Below, piece after piece: positions 10,485 through 20,525 of a stretch of 64,000 nt of DNA. Each line of letters starts with the position of its first letter. Position 1 is the stretch's first letter. The stretch is taken from positions 124,001 to 188,000 of the IMG/VR virus record IMGVR_UViG_3300023174_000042; one strand, given 5' to 3'. The position numbers and the translations under genes were made by a program. The notes beneath the pieces are model-generated. The model had not been told where the DNA came from, made no database searches, and saw nothing but the letters and a program-made list of their open reading frames with translations.

Positions 10485-11360
10485 TTAATTTAAGTTTTCT
10501 AAAATTTTATAAAAACTTTTTTCTGTTTTTGTTAATTCCAAAAGATCGACACCAGGTATGACATCTTCTTCATGCCACCAAATATCAAAATATAAAGAAG
10601 TAAACAAGTCTTGATTGTTGTAATATAAAAGTGACATAATATTTTCTTCTAAATAAAGTTCGTTTTCATTTAACAATACCTCATTTATTTTATCAATAAA
10701 TAAATCGCAAAATGTTTTCATTATATCTTTTTTACCACCAAAAAAACCTCCGATTATATGTCGATCACTATTATATTTAGAATAATATTTTTTTGGTAAT
10801 GTTGTAGACCAATAATTTTTTTTGTTGTCTTTAGCACAAACAACAATTTTATCTTTAGTAAAATCTATTAGATTATTTAAAAAGTTGTTATTAAAAAGTG
10901 AAGACTCAAAATATTTTTCCCAATATCCTTTTGTTTGGTCTAAATATTTAAAAGGTATTAAACCTGTATGTGAAAGTCCTGCATCAAACCAATATAAATG
11001 TTTTACATCATCAGTTAATTCATTCAAACACCAAACAAACTTTGAATATTGAATTTCATAACACCTATCTTTTAACACGACACTTGACACATCTTTTATT
11101 CTTTGGATGTGTTTGTGAAAATCACATCTTTGTAAATCAAATGTTTTAAATATTATTTGATTTTCATTAAAGTTATTTTGAACATAAAAAAAATCTTTCA
11201 GAATATCTATTTCACTAATACTAGTATAACAAACAAAAGTTGCGTTAGACATTTTTAATAAACTTCGAAGTGAATTTAAATAATGTCCTTGACGACTATC
11301 TCTACCCCCTAATTTAGTGTTGTATAAGTTTGAGTATATTGCTGTGATAATTTTTATCAT
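10485..11360 (-). CDS. HtrL/YibB-family glycosyltransferase-like protein
   Basis: QYSKF, YWFDAG, IIGGFFGG and LEENIMS motifs; paralog of the N-terminal half of 8813..10480. Confidence 0.65.
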   Translation of the reverse strand: MIKIITAIYSNLYNTKLGGRDSRQGHYLNSLRSLLKMSNATFVCYTSISEIDILKDFFYVQNNFNENQIIFKTFDLQRCDFHKHIQRIKDVSSVVLKDRCYEIQYSKFVWCLNELTDDVKHLYWFDAGLSHTGLIPFKYLDQTKGYWEKYFESSLFNNNFLNNLIDFTKDKIVVCAKDNKKNYWSTTLPKKYYSKYNSDRHIIGGFFGGKKDIMKTFCDLFIDKINEVLLNENELYLEENIMSLLYYNNQDLFTSLYFDIWWHEEDVIPGVDLLELTKTEKSFYKILENLN

Positions 11361-12601
11361 AAATTTCCAATAATTCTTTCACACCAATCTTTTGAAACGG
11401 AATGTGGCCAAACAACCCAATACGCAGGAACTTCTGTTGTATTAAACTCTCTCCATATTTTTCCGTAACCATCAGGATCATTTTTAATTCTTAAAATTTC
11501 GTTGGCGTCTGCGTCTTGTCTAAATAGTGTATTATTTTCTTTATCGTGAAAAGCAACAACCCAAAAATCGTAATCAGTTTCAGGAACACGATTTAGATCT
11601 AAGTCAATACAATGTTTGAATATGGTTGAAAATGAATTTTTCCATTCTTCTTCGGTTTTATAATCGTATGTGTTTGGTGGGTATTTTTTATCTATCGTTT
11701 CTTGTTGAATACCTCTTGTCTCAAACAATACGCCAGCATATTTTTCATAATCTCTTATGGTTCTTTCTGTTCCAAACCATTCTGAGTAATCTCCATTATA
11801 TTTTTCACCATCAACACCAAGTAATTGTCTGTTTTTAATATGACATGCGGTGTTTTTTAAATGCCATTCTTTATCTATATCCCATTGTTTAATTCTTCCT
11901 TTTCTTGTGTATTCATGCCAAATAACAACTTTATGTGGGTGAAATAAATCATATCCGTGAGTAAAGGCACGAACTGAAATAGAAATTTCTTCTCCGTGAA
12001 AATAAAATTCAGGATCGTGTTGAACTTCAGTTGAAAATTCACCAAGTGTAAAACAGAAGTGAGCGGAATAAAATCTTGCTGTTACAGGTTCTTTAAGTTC
12101 TTTCCATCCAGGAATTACTTCAGGTAAAAAAAATACAACACCTTCAGGTGTAAATCTATCAAAAGCCATTCTCCACGGCTCGGTAACTCTTCCTTGTGGG
12201 TCGTTTTCCGGATCAAAAGATGAAACATATCCTGTTAACAAAGGTTTTTTATGTCCTTTCTTTTGGAGTTGTTTAATCATCTTAATAAGAGTATCATCCC
12301 AATCTTTTTCAAATCTCATATGGGAATCAATTTGTAATGTATATTTTTCATTACCATACAATTGTTGAACTTGATGTCTTGCCCAACAAACACCTTTTGA
12401 GTCAACATCTAAGACATCAATAATTTTAAATCTTTTGTCATTTCTATATTTGTCAATATTAAAATCGTCTTCTGAATTATATTGATGACAAATACCAATT
12501 CTTAAATTATTTGGGTATTTTGAGTTTTCAATTAGGTTATCTAATGTTGGTTCTAATTGAGGGTCTCTAAACGATGCTATTTGAATAAAAATAGTATTCA
12601 T
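11357..12601 (-). CDS. GT60-family polypeptide/hydroxyproline GlcNAc-transferase (Gnt1/OGNT-like)
   Basis: IFIQIASFRDP, GVCWARH, LQIDSHMRF (DSH motif), FHGEEIS...RAFTHGYD, HEY. Confidence 0.8.
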   Translation of the reverse strand: MNTIFIQIASFRDPQLEPTLDNLIENSKYPNNLRIGICHQYNSEDDFNIDKYRNDKRFKIIDVLDVDSKGVCWARHQVQQLYGNEKYTLQIDSHMRFEKDWDDTLIKMIKQLQKKGHKKPLLTGYVSSFDPENDPQGRVTEPWRMAFDRFTPEGVVFFLPEVIPGWKELKEPVTARFYSAHFCFTLGEFSTEVQHDPEFYFHGEEISISVRAFTHGYDLFHPHKVVIWHEYTRKGRIKQWDIDKEWHLKNTACHIKNRQLLGVDGEKYNGDYSEWFGTERTIRDYEKYAGVLFETRGIQQETIDKKYPPNTYDYKTEEEWKNSFSTIFKHCIDLDLNRVPETDYDFWVVAFHDKENNTLFRQDADANEILRIKNDPDGYGKIWREFNTTEVPAYWVVWPHSVSKDWCERIIGNL

Positions 12602-12662
12602 ATTTATATTTTTATTAAAAATTAGGAATAATAAAAAAAATATAAATTACTTTTTTAAATTA

Positions 12663-12965
12663 TTAAGGTCCTTCGTATAAATAAATTGACGCATCTTGAA
12701 ATAAAAATACTTCAAACCCTTCAAATAATTTTCCATAAATTTCACCACAAGTAAGAAGAAATATTTTTTCACAACCCAAAGAATCAATAATTTTTAATAT
12801 TATTGGTGTTGATGTGTCTAATGGTGGTGGAACAATAAAACTTAATGGTGGTGTAATAAATGTGGCTCCCGAAACCAAATAACAATATGTTATTGTTTGA
12901 TCACAAACATATATATCATAAGGGGGTGTTCCTGATATTGATGTTATTTGAATTATATTTGACAT
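12663..12965 (-). CDS. Small putative virion protein
   Basis: 100-aa ORF with GTPPY beta motif; TATTTAT at 12971-12977. Confidence 0.55.
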   Translation of the reverse strand: MSNIIQITSISGTPPYDIYVCDQTITYCYLVSGATFITPPLSFIVPPPLDTSTPIILKIIDSLGCEKIFLLTCGEIYGKLFEGFEVFLFQDASIYLYEGP

Positions 12966-13011
12966 ATAACATAAATACCAAATTAAAATATTTCTAAAAT
13001 CTGTAAATCAA

Positions 13012-14010
13012 TTAAAGACCAAATCTTGATTTATTCGAATTCCACAAAGAGTCAATTTGATATGAATCTAAAGCCCTATCATATATTTCAACAATAGCCA
13101 ATAACCCACCCCAATATTCATTTAAGTCCCATCTTTTCATTAATACTATTCCTGAATTTCCAGAAGTTGGTGTGGTAACGTCAATTACACTAGATATCAA
13201 TGAATTATCAACATATAAACTAAGATTTATCCCATCGTAAGTTCCAACAATAAAATGCCAACCAGGTGTTAATATATAACCTATAGGTGTAAGATTCCAA
13301 GATCCATTAAAAAACCCTGTTTGTAAATTAGGACTTGTATCACTTCCGTTTCCTAACATATAATTGATGGCGGTCGGAAATACTTCTGAAACAATACATG
13401 GTGACCCACCAATATTTGATCCATCATAAAAATGCCAAACTCCAATCGACCAAGTATTTAAACTTGGTAAACTTGTCGAACATTCTGCGTATTGAGATGA
13501 GGAAGGTTGAAAACTCAAAAATCCTCCAAATCCTACACCATAAATTGGGTTGTTAATCAAATTAAAAACCTTCCCATCAACTAAATCGGTCCATTCTGTT
13601 CCAAAACCAGGATAGCTTGAAGTATTTCCGGCATCTAACGCTAATACTGGAGTCACATATGAATTCCAATATCCGTTTGCTGTTAAATCTAGTGATGCGG
13701 CACTGGCGGTGGTATAAGTTGTTCCTAATAACTTATTGGCTAAAAAAATAAATTCACTATCATTAAAACCATTTGTTCTATAAAATCCAACTGATGCGGT
13801 TAATCCATATACGGGAGTTGGCTGACTATTATCGGGGACTGGTTGTGCTATTACATAACCTAAACTTTCATCAGGACCATTCCACCATTGAAGTCCAGTT
13901 GAATCAAAACCATAAGTTGGATAACCAACCGCTAAATTACCAACTTGTATTGTTCCATCAATTGTTGATCCCGAATTAAACGCAAATGGTCTTGCTATTG
14001 GTATTGACAT
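13012..14010 (-). CDS. LamG/concanavalin-A-like domain virion protein
   Basis: LDAGN..SYPG.G..W.DL, WHFIVGTYDG..LSLYVD and IYDRAL motifs; TATTTAT at 14023-14029. Confidence 0.75.
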   Translation of the reverse strand: MSIPIARPFAFNSGSTIDGTIQVGNLAVGYPTYGFDSTGLQWWNGPDESLGYVIAQPVPDNSQPTPVYGLTASVGFYRTNGFNDSEFIFLANKLLGTTYTTASAASLDLTANGYWNSYVTPVLALDAGNTSSYPGFGTEWTDLVDGKVFNLINNPIYGVGFGGFLSFQPSSSQYAECSTSLPSLNTWSIGVWHFYDGSNIGGSPCIVSEVFPTAINYMLGNGSDTSPNLQTGFFNGSWNLTPIGYILTPGWHFIVGTYDGINLSLYVDNSLISSVIDVTTPTSGNSGIVLMKRWDLNEYWGGLLAIVEIYDRALDSYQIDSLWNSNKSRFGL

Positions 14011-14064
14011 TGTTGTTTTTTAATAAATACTACATTTATAAATATTTTAATATTATTTTTATTT

Positions 14065-16275
14065 ATGAATAAAATCAAACTTTTATATCTCACACCACAC
14101 CTTTCAACAGGAGGAATGCCACAATTCGTATTAAAAAGAATTGAAACCCTTCAAAAATACAAAGATCAAATTGAAATATTTTTAGTGGAATATTCTAAAT
14201 TTAGTGATGAATATGTTATTCAAAGAAATAAAATAACTAAATTGTTAGATCAAAATCACTTTTTTTCTTTGGGGTTATCAACAGAAGAAGATAAAAAATA
14301 TGATTTAATAAAAATTATTAAAGAAAATAATATTGATATTATTCACGTAGAAGAAATACCAGAAGCTTTTGAAAGTTTTAATAAAATACCAAAAGATTTA
14401 TTAAATCAATTATATTCAAATAACAGAACATGGAAACTTGTAGAAACTTGTCATAATGTTTGGTATGATGCCAATAGATTAAAAAAATTACATCCAGATT
14501 ATTATTGTTTGGTTACGCCTTTCCATCAAGTTTCACAATTTAATAATACACCATCACCAAAAAAATTACTCACTTTTCCTTACGAAGAAAAACAAATTTC
14601 AGTTTATAAAAAAATTGAATCAAGACAAAAATTAAAAATTGATGAATCAAAAATCCACATATTAAATGTTGGTTTATGGACGGAAGGGAAAAATCAAAAA
14701 GAAGGAATTGAAGTTGCAAGATTATTACAAGACACAAATCCTAATTTACATTTTCATTTTGTTGGAAATATGGCACCAAACTTTGAAACTTATTGGAAAC
14801 CAATAATGGAGGACTTACCAAAAAATGTTTCTGTTTGGGGTGAAAGAGATGATGTTGATTTATTTATGGAGTGTTGTGATGTTTTAATGTTTAATTCAAC
14901 TTTTGAATGTAACCCTCTTGTTATTAGAGAAGCAATTGGTTATAAAATGAAAATTTTAACAAGAAACCTTCCACAATATATGGGAATGTTTGACCCATAC
15001 ATTAAACCAATAGAAGGAGATATAATTAAAATTTCAAACGATTTGTTAGATCTAATTAATTCAAACCAAAATTATGAAATTAAAGATCAAACAGATTTTG
15101 GAAACGAGTTATTAAATTTTTATAAAAAAGTTATAAATACACCAATGATTCATAATGAACTGATCAAAAACGACTATACTTTTAATCAACACTTTGTTGT
15201 AAATCCATTTTTTGAAATTATGGGAAAAAGTGATAGTTTATTTAACATAAAGTTATTTGACCAAAATAATTTAATATATGAAAATAATTTGCCAATTAAT
15301 AGTTGGGTTAAATTAAACAGAGAATATTATACAAAATGGAGAACCGAAGTTTATGAAAATGGCGAATTGATTTATAATCACACATTAAATTTAAAAAACA
15401 AAAGAGTTTATATTTCATTTGGGTCAAAATCATTAGGAGACACTTTGGCTTGGATACCATACTGCGAAGAGTTTAGAAAAAAACACGACTGCGATTTAAT
15501 CGTTTCAACTTTTATGAACGATCTTTTCAAGTATCAATATACAAATATTGAATTTGTTGAGCCAGGTGAAACGGTGTATAACATAATTGCCCAATATCAA
15601 CTTGGTTGGTATTACAACGAAAATGGGGAATTTGATTCTAACAAACATCCTTTTGATTTTAAAAGACAACCATTACAAAAAACGGCAACAGATATTTTGG
15701 GATTAGAATATAAAGAGATTAGACCAAAACTTAAATTACCAAATGTTTCAAAAAAGAAAAAAGTGGGCATTGGTTTTCATTCAACAGCACAAGCAAAGTA
15801 TTGGAACAATCCTGATGGGTGGCAGTCCGTTATAGACCATCTTAGTATGTTAGGATATGAATGTATGATCTATTCAAAAGAGGGTGATGGTTACATGAAT
15901 AATTTTTATCCAAAAGGAGTTACTATCTTTAAAGGGGGGAATCTTCAGGAGGTTATTAACGATTTGGTTAGTTGTGAATTTTTCATTGGGTTAGGTTCAG
16001 GTTTATCTTGGTTGGCTTGGGCATGTGAATTACCAGTGATTTTAATTTCAGGATTTAGTGAAAAATTTGCAGAAACAAAGTTAGACACATATAGAGTTAT
16101 AAATGAAAACGTATGTCATGGATGTTTTAATAATGATAGATTAAATGCCGGTGATTGGAATTGGTGTCCACTTCATAAAGGAAGTGATCGTCAATTTGAA
16201 TGTTCAAAACAAATAACATCAGACATGGTTATTAAAGAAATTGAATTTTTATTAAAAAATTTCAACAATCGCTAA
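14065..16275 (+). CDS. GT4-like domain fused to an Aah/TibC-type (autotransporter O-heptosyltransferase family) protein glycosyltransferase
   Basis: N-half: HLSTGGMPQF, NVG....KNQ, ECNPLVIREA. C-half: SLGDTLAW, STAQAKYWNN, FIGLGSGLSWLAW, ISGFS, and the iron-finger CHGC-x13-C-x11-C. Confidence 0.85.
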   Translation: MNKIKLLYLTPHLSTGGMPQFVLKRIETLQKYKDQIEIFLVEYSKFSDEYVIQRNKITKLLDQNHFFSLGLSTEEDKKYDLIKIIKENNIDIIHVEEIPEAFESFNKIPKDLLNQLYSNNRTWKLVETCHNVWYDANRLKKLHPDYYCLVTPFHQVSQFNNTPSPKKLLTFPYEEKQISVYKKIESRQKLKIDESKIHILNVGLWTEGKNQKEGIEVARLLQDTNPNLHFHFVGNMAPNFETYWKPIMEDLPKNVSVWGERDDVDLFMECCDVLMFNSTFECNPLVIREAIGYKMKILTRNLPQYMGMFDPYIKPIEGDIIKISNDLLDLINSNQNYEIKDQTDFGNELLNFYKKVINTPMIHNELIKNDYTFNQHFVVNPFFEIMGKSDSLFNIKLFDQNNLIYENNLPINSWVKLNREYYTKWRTEVYENGELIYNHTLNLKNKRVYISFGSKSLGDTLAWIPYCEEFRKKHDCDLIVSTFMNDLFKYQYTNIEFVEPGETVYNIIAQYQLGWYYNENGEFDSNKHPFDFKRQPLQKTATDILGLEYKEIRPKLKLPNVSKKKKVGIGFHSTAQAKYWNNPDGWQSVIDHLSMLGYECMIYSKEGDGYMNNFYPKGVTIFKGGNLQEVINDLVSCEFFIGLGSGLSWLAWACELPVILISGFSEKFAETKLDTYRVINENVCHGCFNNDRLNAGDWNWCPLHKGSDRQFECSKQITSDMVIKEIEFLLKNFNNR

Positions 16276-18681
16276 ATAAGATTGACAAACAGAAGTTGAG
16301 CTACCTCCAACAGTTGTAAAATGAAGATAGGTTTGAGTTGTAAAGTCATTAGAAACTAATGTATATGCACCTGCCGTTGATTGGTCAGATATAATATTAC
16401 CACCTGGTACTATACAATTAATACTACCAGACGAACCACCAATAACAGGAAAACTTCTAAAAATACTCATACTAGTTGTTGAACCAACCGCATCTGTTGC
16501 AATTATTGTCATTAAACTCAATTGAGAAAAATTTGGATTTTGAATATTTCCAATTCTAATTCTTGCCCTACCTCCAACAGATGTGCCAGCAAACGTGTTT
16601 TGATTTACAAAAGTGCATCTAATCATGCCTGAAGAAATATTTGTGGGTATGGCAAACGTTCCATAAATTGTTTCAGTGTTTCCAGTAACAGATAAAGTTG
16701 TCGCTGATTTATAAATTATTGGACTTGTTCCGCTTGTCCCATTTGTTCCTGATGTGCCTGAAGCACCACTTAGTCCCGAACTACCAGATGTTCCATTAGA
16801 ACCTGATGTTCCACTTGTTCCTGATGTTCCACTACTACCTGTCGCTCCGCTTAATCCGCTAGTTCCATTAACTCCTGATGTTCCACTTGTTCCTGATGTT
16901 CCTGATGGTAATTGTGCCACAATAAACAATATGTTTTCTCCACCTGTAAATTGAAAAGTTGATTGAACTAATGTAATTGGAAAAGTCCAATATGAATTAA
17001 ATGAAGTTTCAACACCAACTCCCACAATCCACTTTTGATATTGAGTTGAATCATTTTGATCTTGAATAATGATTGTTGTTCCACTTGGAATTAAAGCCAA
17101 ATAAACATCAATATCATTATTATCTCTATCTAAATGTGAAATATTTATTTGGGTTGATGCTGATTGAGTTACATTATTCCAAATAATATTTGTATTTCCA
17201 GGATTTCCTGATTGTATATTTACTCTCGCATTATATGGGAATATTGTGTTTGATTGCCCATTTATACCACTTGTTCCTGATGAACCATTAGTTCCACTTA
17301 CACCACTTGTTCCTGATGTTCCATCAAATCCATTAGTTCCATCTGTTCCGCTTGTGCCATCTGTTCCGCTTGTGCCAGCTTGTGACATCAAAGCCCAAGA
17401 AGAATTAAAAGGAGGTGGAGGTGTTCCACTTGTACCATTCACAAGACAAATATAAGAGCTCCCCGCATACTCAACGACATCATTTATATTATATGTTACT
17501 AATGGATCCCAAGAATTTTTCCAAACAAAAGAAGAACCATCAGTTCCTGAAGTTCCGCTTGTTCCATCCAAACCGTTAGTTCCAGATGTTCCATCAGTCC
17601 CTGAAGTTCCGTTTACTCCCGATAAACCGCTAGTACCGCTTGTTCCATCTAAACCGCTAGTTCCTGATGTTCCATCAAAACCGCTAGTACCATCTATTCC
17701 GCTAGTTCCTGATGTTCCATCAATACCGCTTGTTCCATCAATACCGCTTGTTCCATCTAAACCGCTAGTTCCTGATGTCCCATCTATACCGCTAGTTCCA
17801 TCTAAACCGCTAGTTCCTGATGTTCCGTTTACTCCTGACAAACCACTTGAGCCGCTTGTTCCATCAATACCGCTAGTCCCCGATGTTCCATCCAAACCGC
17901 TAGTTCCGCTTGTTCCATCCAAACCGCTAGTACCATCTATACCACTAGTTCCTGATGTTCCGTCAAATCCATTAGTTCCGCTTGTTCCATCTATTCCGCT
18001 AGTCCCTGATGTCCCATCCAAACCGCTAGTTCCTGATGTTCCGTCAAATCCATTAGTTCCGCTTGTTCCATCGGTTCCACTTGTTCCTGTTGCACCACTC
18101 AATCCACTAGTTCCAGAAGTTCCACTTGTTCCTGTTGCACCACTCAATCCACTAGTTCCAGAAGTTCCACTTGTTCCTGTTGCTCCGCTTAATCCACTTG
18201 TTCCCGAAGAACCAGAAGTTCCTGATGTTCCGTTAGAACCTGATGTTCCATTAATACCACTTGTTCCGCTTGTCCCTGATGTTCCTGTTGCACCACTTAA
18301 TCCGCTTGTCCCTGAAGACCCGCTAATTCCTGAAGAACCACTACTACCACTCGTCCCTGAAGTTCCACTTGTTCCTGTTGATCCACTCAATCCGCTAGTT
18401 CCTGATGAACCCGACGTTCCACTAGAACCTGAAGTTCCACTTGTTCCCGTTGCCCCACTTAATCCGCTTGTTCCGCTTGAACCATTAGTTCCACTTGTTC
18501 CTGAAGTCCCTGCAGGACCTGTTGAACCACTTAAAATTGCTTGTAAATCACTTAAAGGAGCATAATATGACGATCCTTGTGGGCTTTGTGATGTGTCTCC
18601 TGTTACAACAACATGGAAAATGTCATTCAAAGTGACGGCAGAAACCTTTGTCCTATCTGTTAATCTATTATAAACTGGCAT
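16252..18681 (-). CDS. Collagen-like (Gly-Thr-Ser)n fibre protein with a CBM-like insert
   Basis: About 110 consecutive Gly-X-Y triplets plus two shorter blocks; WDPLVTYNINDVVEYAGSSYIC module; TATTTAT at 18690-18696. Confidence 0.8.
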   Translation of the reverse strand: MPVYNRLTDRTKVSAVTLNDIFHVVVTGDTSQSPQGSSYYAPLSDLQAILSGSTGPAGTSGTSGTNGSSGTSGLSGATGTSGTSGSSGTSGSSGTSGLSGSTGTSGTSGTSGSSGSSGISGSSGTSGLSGATGTSGTSGTSGINGTSGSNGTSGTSGSSGTSGLSGATGTSGTSGTSGLSGATGTSGTSGTSGLSGATGTSGTDGTSGTNGFDGTSGTSGLDGTSGTSGIDGTSGTNGFDGTSGTSGIDGTSGLDGTSGTSGLDGTSGTSGIDGTSGSSGLSGVNGTSGTSGLDGTSGIDGTSGTSGLDGTSGIDGTSGIDGTSGTSGIDGTSGFDGTSGTSGLDGTSGTSGLSGVNGTSGTDGTSGTNGLDGTSGTSGTDGSSFVWKNSWDPLVTYNINDVVEYAGSSYICLVNGTSGTPPPPFNSSWALMSQAGTSGTDGTSGTDGTNGFDGTSGTSGVSGTNGSSGTSGINGQSNTIFPYNARVNIQSGNPGNTNIIWNNVTQSASTQINISHLDRDNNDIDVYLALIPSGTTIIIQDQNDSTQYQKWIVGVGVETSFNSYWTFPITLVQSTFQFTGGENILFIVAQLPSGTSGTSGTSGVNGTSGLSGATGSSGTSGTSGTSGSNGTSGSSGLSGASGTSGTNGTSGTSPIIYKSATTLSVTGNTETIYGTFAIPTNISSGMIRCTFVNQNTFAGTSVGGRARIRIGNIQNPNFSQLSLMTIIATDAVGSTTSMSIFRSFPVIGGSSGSINCIVPGGNIISDQSTAGAYTLVSNDFTTQTYLHFTTVGGSSTSVCQSYLAIVEIF
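17530..18528 (-). repeat. Coding 9-bp-periodic Gly-X-Y (GTS/GSS/GLD) repeat
   Basis: Gly at every third residue across about 333 aa. Confidence 0.9.
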
Positions 18682-18771
18682 CTTTTACTATAAATATTTC
18701 TGTTAGTTAAAATAAAATTAAATAACACCTATAAATATGAACTCAAACCTATTTTAATCTATTTATAAAAT

Positions 18772-19323
18772 ATGTCTAAAAAAAAATTAAATGACTTGAA
18801 GATAAATCTTTACTTAAAAGAATTAAATCTTCTTGAATTAGAAAAAGAATATGCCGACGAATTCACGTCTTATCACAAACCTTTATTTATGGAGGATGCT
18901 TCCAAACATGGTTACGTTGCCCCAATAATCACAGGAGAAAGTATTTCTTGTGGAATAAAAAAAGATATACCTTTTGAAGTTTCAGAAAAAGAATTAAAAA
19001 CAATTAAATCAATTTTTAGATCTATCGCAAAAGAATGTCATCCTGACAAGTCAAAAAGTTCGGTTAGAATTAAATGGTATCAAGAGTCACAAATTGCTTA
19101 TGAAAAAAATGATTTATTAACTCTTTATAAAATTGCAAAAAAGTTAAATATTGAGGTGGATTTTGAAACAAATGGTTTTACATTAATACAAAAGACAATA
19201 GAAGAAAAGAAAAAAGAATTACAATCAATATCAAAGTCTTTTTTATGGTTATGGGCAAACTCAGAAACTCAAGAAGAAAAAGACGAAATAATAAAACAAT
19301 TTATAAACCAAACAAATCAATAA
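18772..19323 (+). CDS. J-domain (DnaJ-like) protein
   Basis: IKSIFRSIAKECHPDK (HPD motif); TATTTAT at 18760-18766. Confidence 0.75.
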   Translation: MSKKKLNDLKINLYLKELNLLELEKEYADEFTSYHKPLFMEDASKHGYVAPIITGESISCGIKKDIPFEVSEKELKTIKSIFRSIAKECHPDKSKSSVRIKWYQESQIAYEKNDLLTLYKIAKKLNIEVDFETNGFTLIQKTIEEKKKELQSISKSFLWLWANSETQEEKDEIIKQFINQTNQ

Positions 19324-19325
19324 CA

Positions 19326-20525
19326 ATGAAAAATTTGAAAATTGGAATTACACTTGGCTTACAATCAAACACAGAGTCAATATGGACAAACGGAATGAAA
19401 CAAAACGTTTTAATGTTTGTTCATTTATTAAAACAATCAGAAAATAATTATGAAGTTTGTATTTTAAACACCGTTGATGTTGATTTTTCAGAACAAAGAC
19501 CTTCTTATCTTAAAGATATTGATATCTACAACTTTAAAGAAAAATATATGGATATGGACCTTATTGTAATGATGGGAGCCCAAGTTCATGAAGAATATAT
19601 AAAACAATTCAAAGAAGATAAAAACAAAAGGTTTATTGGGTATAAATGTGGAAACAATTATGTAATTCACATGGAAAACGTAATGTTTAAAGAAAACAAA
19701 AAAAGATATTTTGAATATGAAACAACGTTTGATGAATTATGGTATATTCCACAACAACACGAAACAAATTATGGGTTCTTTTCAACTCTTTATAGAACAA
19801 ACGCATTTATAGTTCCTTTTATTTGGCATAACAAATTCTTGCTTGAATCAGTCGTTGGAATTGAAACCGGATTTAAAGAAGGAAGATATAAAAAAGGTTA
19901 TAAATATAATTCCCAAAAAGAGAAAAAAGTTTTGGGAATAATGGAGCCAAACATTAATATCGTTAAATATGCTTTAATTCCTGCTATGATTGCTGAAGAA
20001 TCATATAGATCTGAAATAGGAAAAAATAAAATTGAAAAACTTATGATTACAAATGGTGACAAACTTAAAGAAAATCATGAGTTTTTATCAATAATCGGAA
20101 CTTTTGACTTGTATAAAGATAAAAAAATTACCGCAGAATCAAGGTATCAAACATCTTTTGTTTTAACACAATATTTTGACATTTTACTTTGTCATCAAGT
20201 ATTAAACCCATTAAACTATCTTTATTTAGACGCCGCTTATTTGGGTTATCCTGTTTTACACAATGCTCCTCTTTGTAAAGATCTTGGGTATTACTATGAA
20301 AATGGTGACACAAAAGATGGGGCTAAAATGTTAAATCATATTTTATCAGAACACGATAATAACATTTCTGAATATCATAAAAGAAACGATATTGTTTTAC
20401 AAAGATATCATGCCGATAACAAAGAACTTATTAAAACCTATGATAAATTGATTTATAATCTTTTTAATGGGGGAAATAAAGATTTAATTTATAATCCTAA
20501 CACCAACAGATACGACAATCTTTAA
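19326..20525 (+). CDS. DUF2827-family protein (predicted GT-B glycosyltransferase)
   Basis: SIWTNGMKQN, CGNNY, EPNINIVK and LNYLYLDAAYLGYPVLHN. Start moved to the ATG at 19326, just after the J-domain stop. Confidence 0.7.
   Translation: MKNLKIGITLGLQSNTESIWTNGMKQNVLMFVHLLKQSENNYEVCILNTVDVDFSEQRPSYLKDIDIYNFKEKYMDMDLIVMMGAQVHEEYIKQFKEDKNKRFIGYKCGNNYVIHMENVMFKENKKRYFEYETTFDELWYIPQQHETNYGFFSTLYRTNAFIVPFIWHNKFLLESVVGIETGFKEGRYKKGYKYNSQKEKKVLGIMEPNINIVKYALIPAMIAEESYRSEIGKNKIEKLMITNGDKLKENHEFLSIIGTFDLYKDKKITAESRYQTSFVLTQYFDILLCHQVLNPLNYLYLDAAYLGYPVLHNAPLCKDLGYYYENGDTKDGAKMLNHILSEHDNNISEYHKRNDIVLQRYHADNKELIKTYDKLIYNLFNGGNKDLIYNPNTNRYDNL

Noticed and set aside
12601-12607. TATTTAT on the + strand at the GT60 start (also at about 24812)
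   Set aside because: Wrong orientation for the adjacent minus-strand genes; likely chance in AT-rich DNA, so not counted as late elements.
17530-18528. Possible CRISPR array or DGR in the repeat tracts
   Set aside because: Repeats are codon-periodic, vary at synonymous positions, have no unique spacers, and no reverse transcriptase or cas gene is present.
19245-19325. N-terminal extension of the DUF2827-like ORF
   Set aside because: Overlaps the J-domain gene; the ATG at 19326 follows its stop directly.
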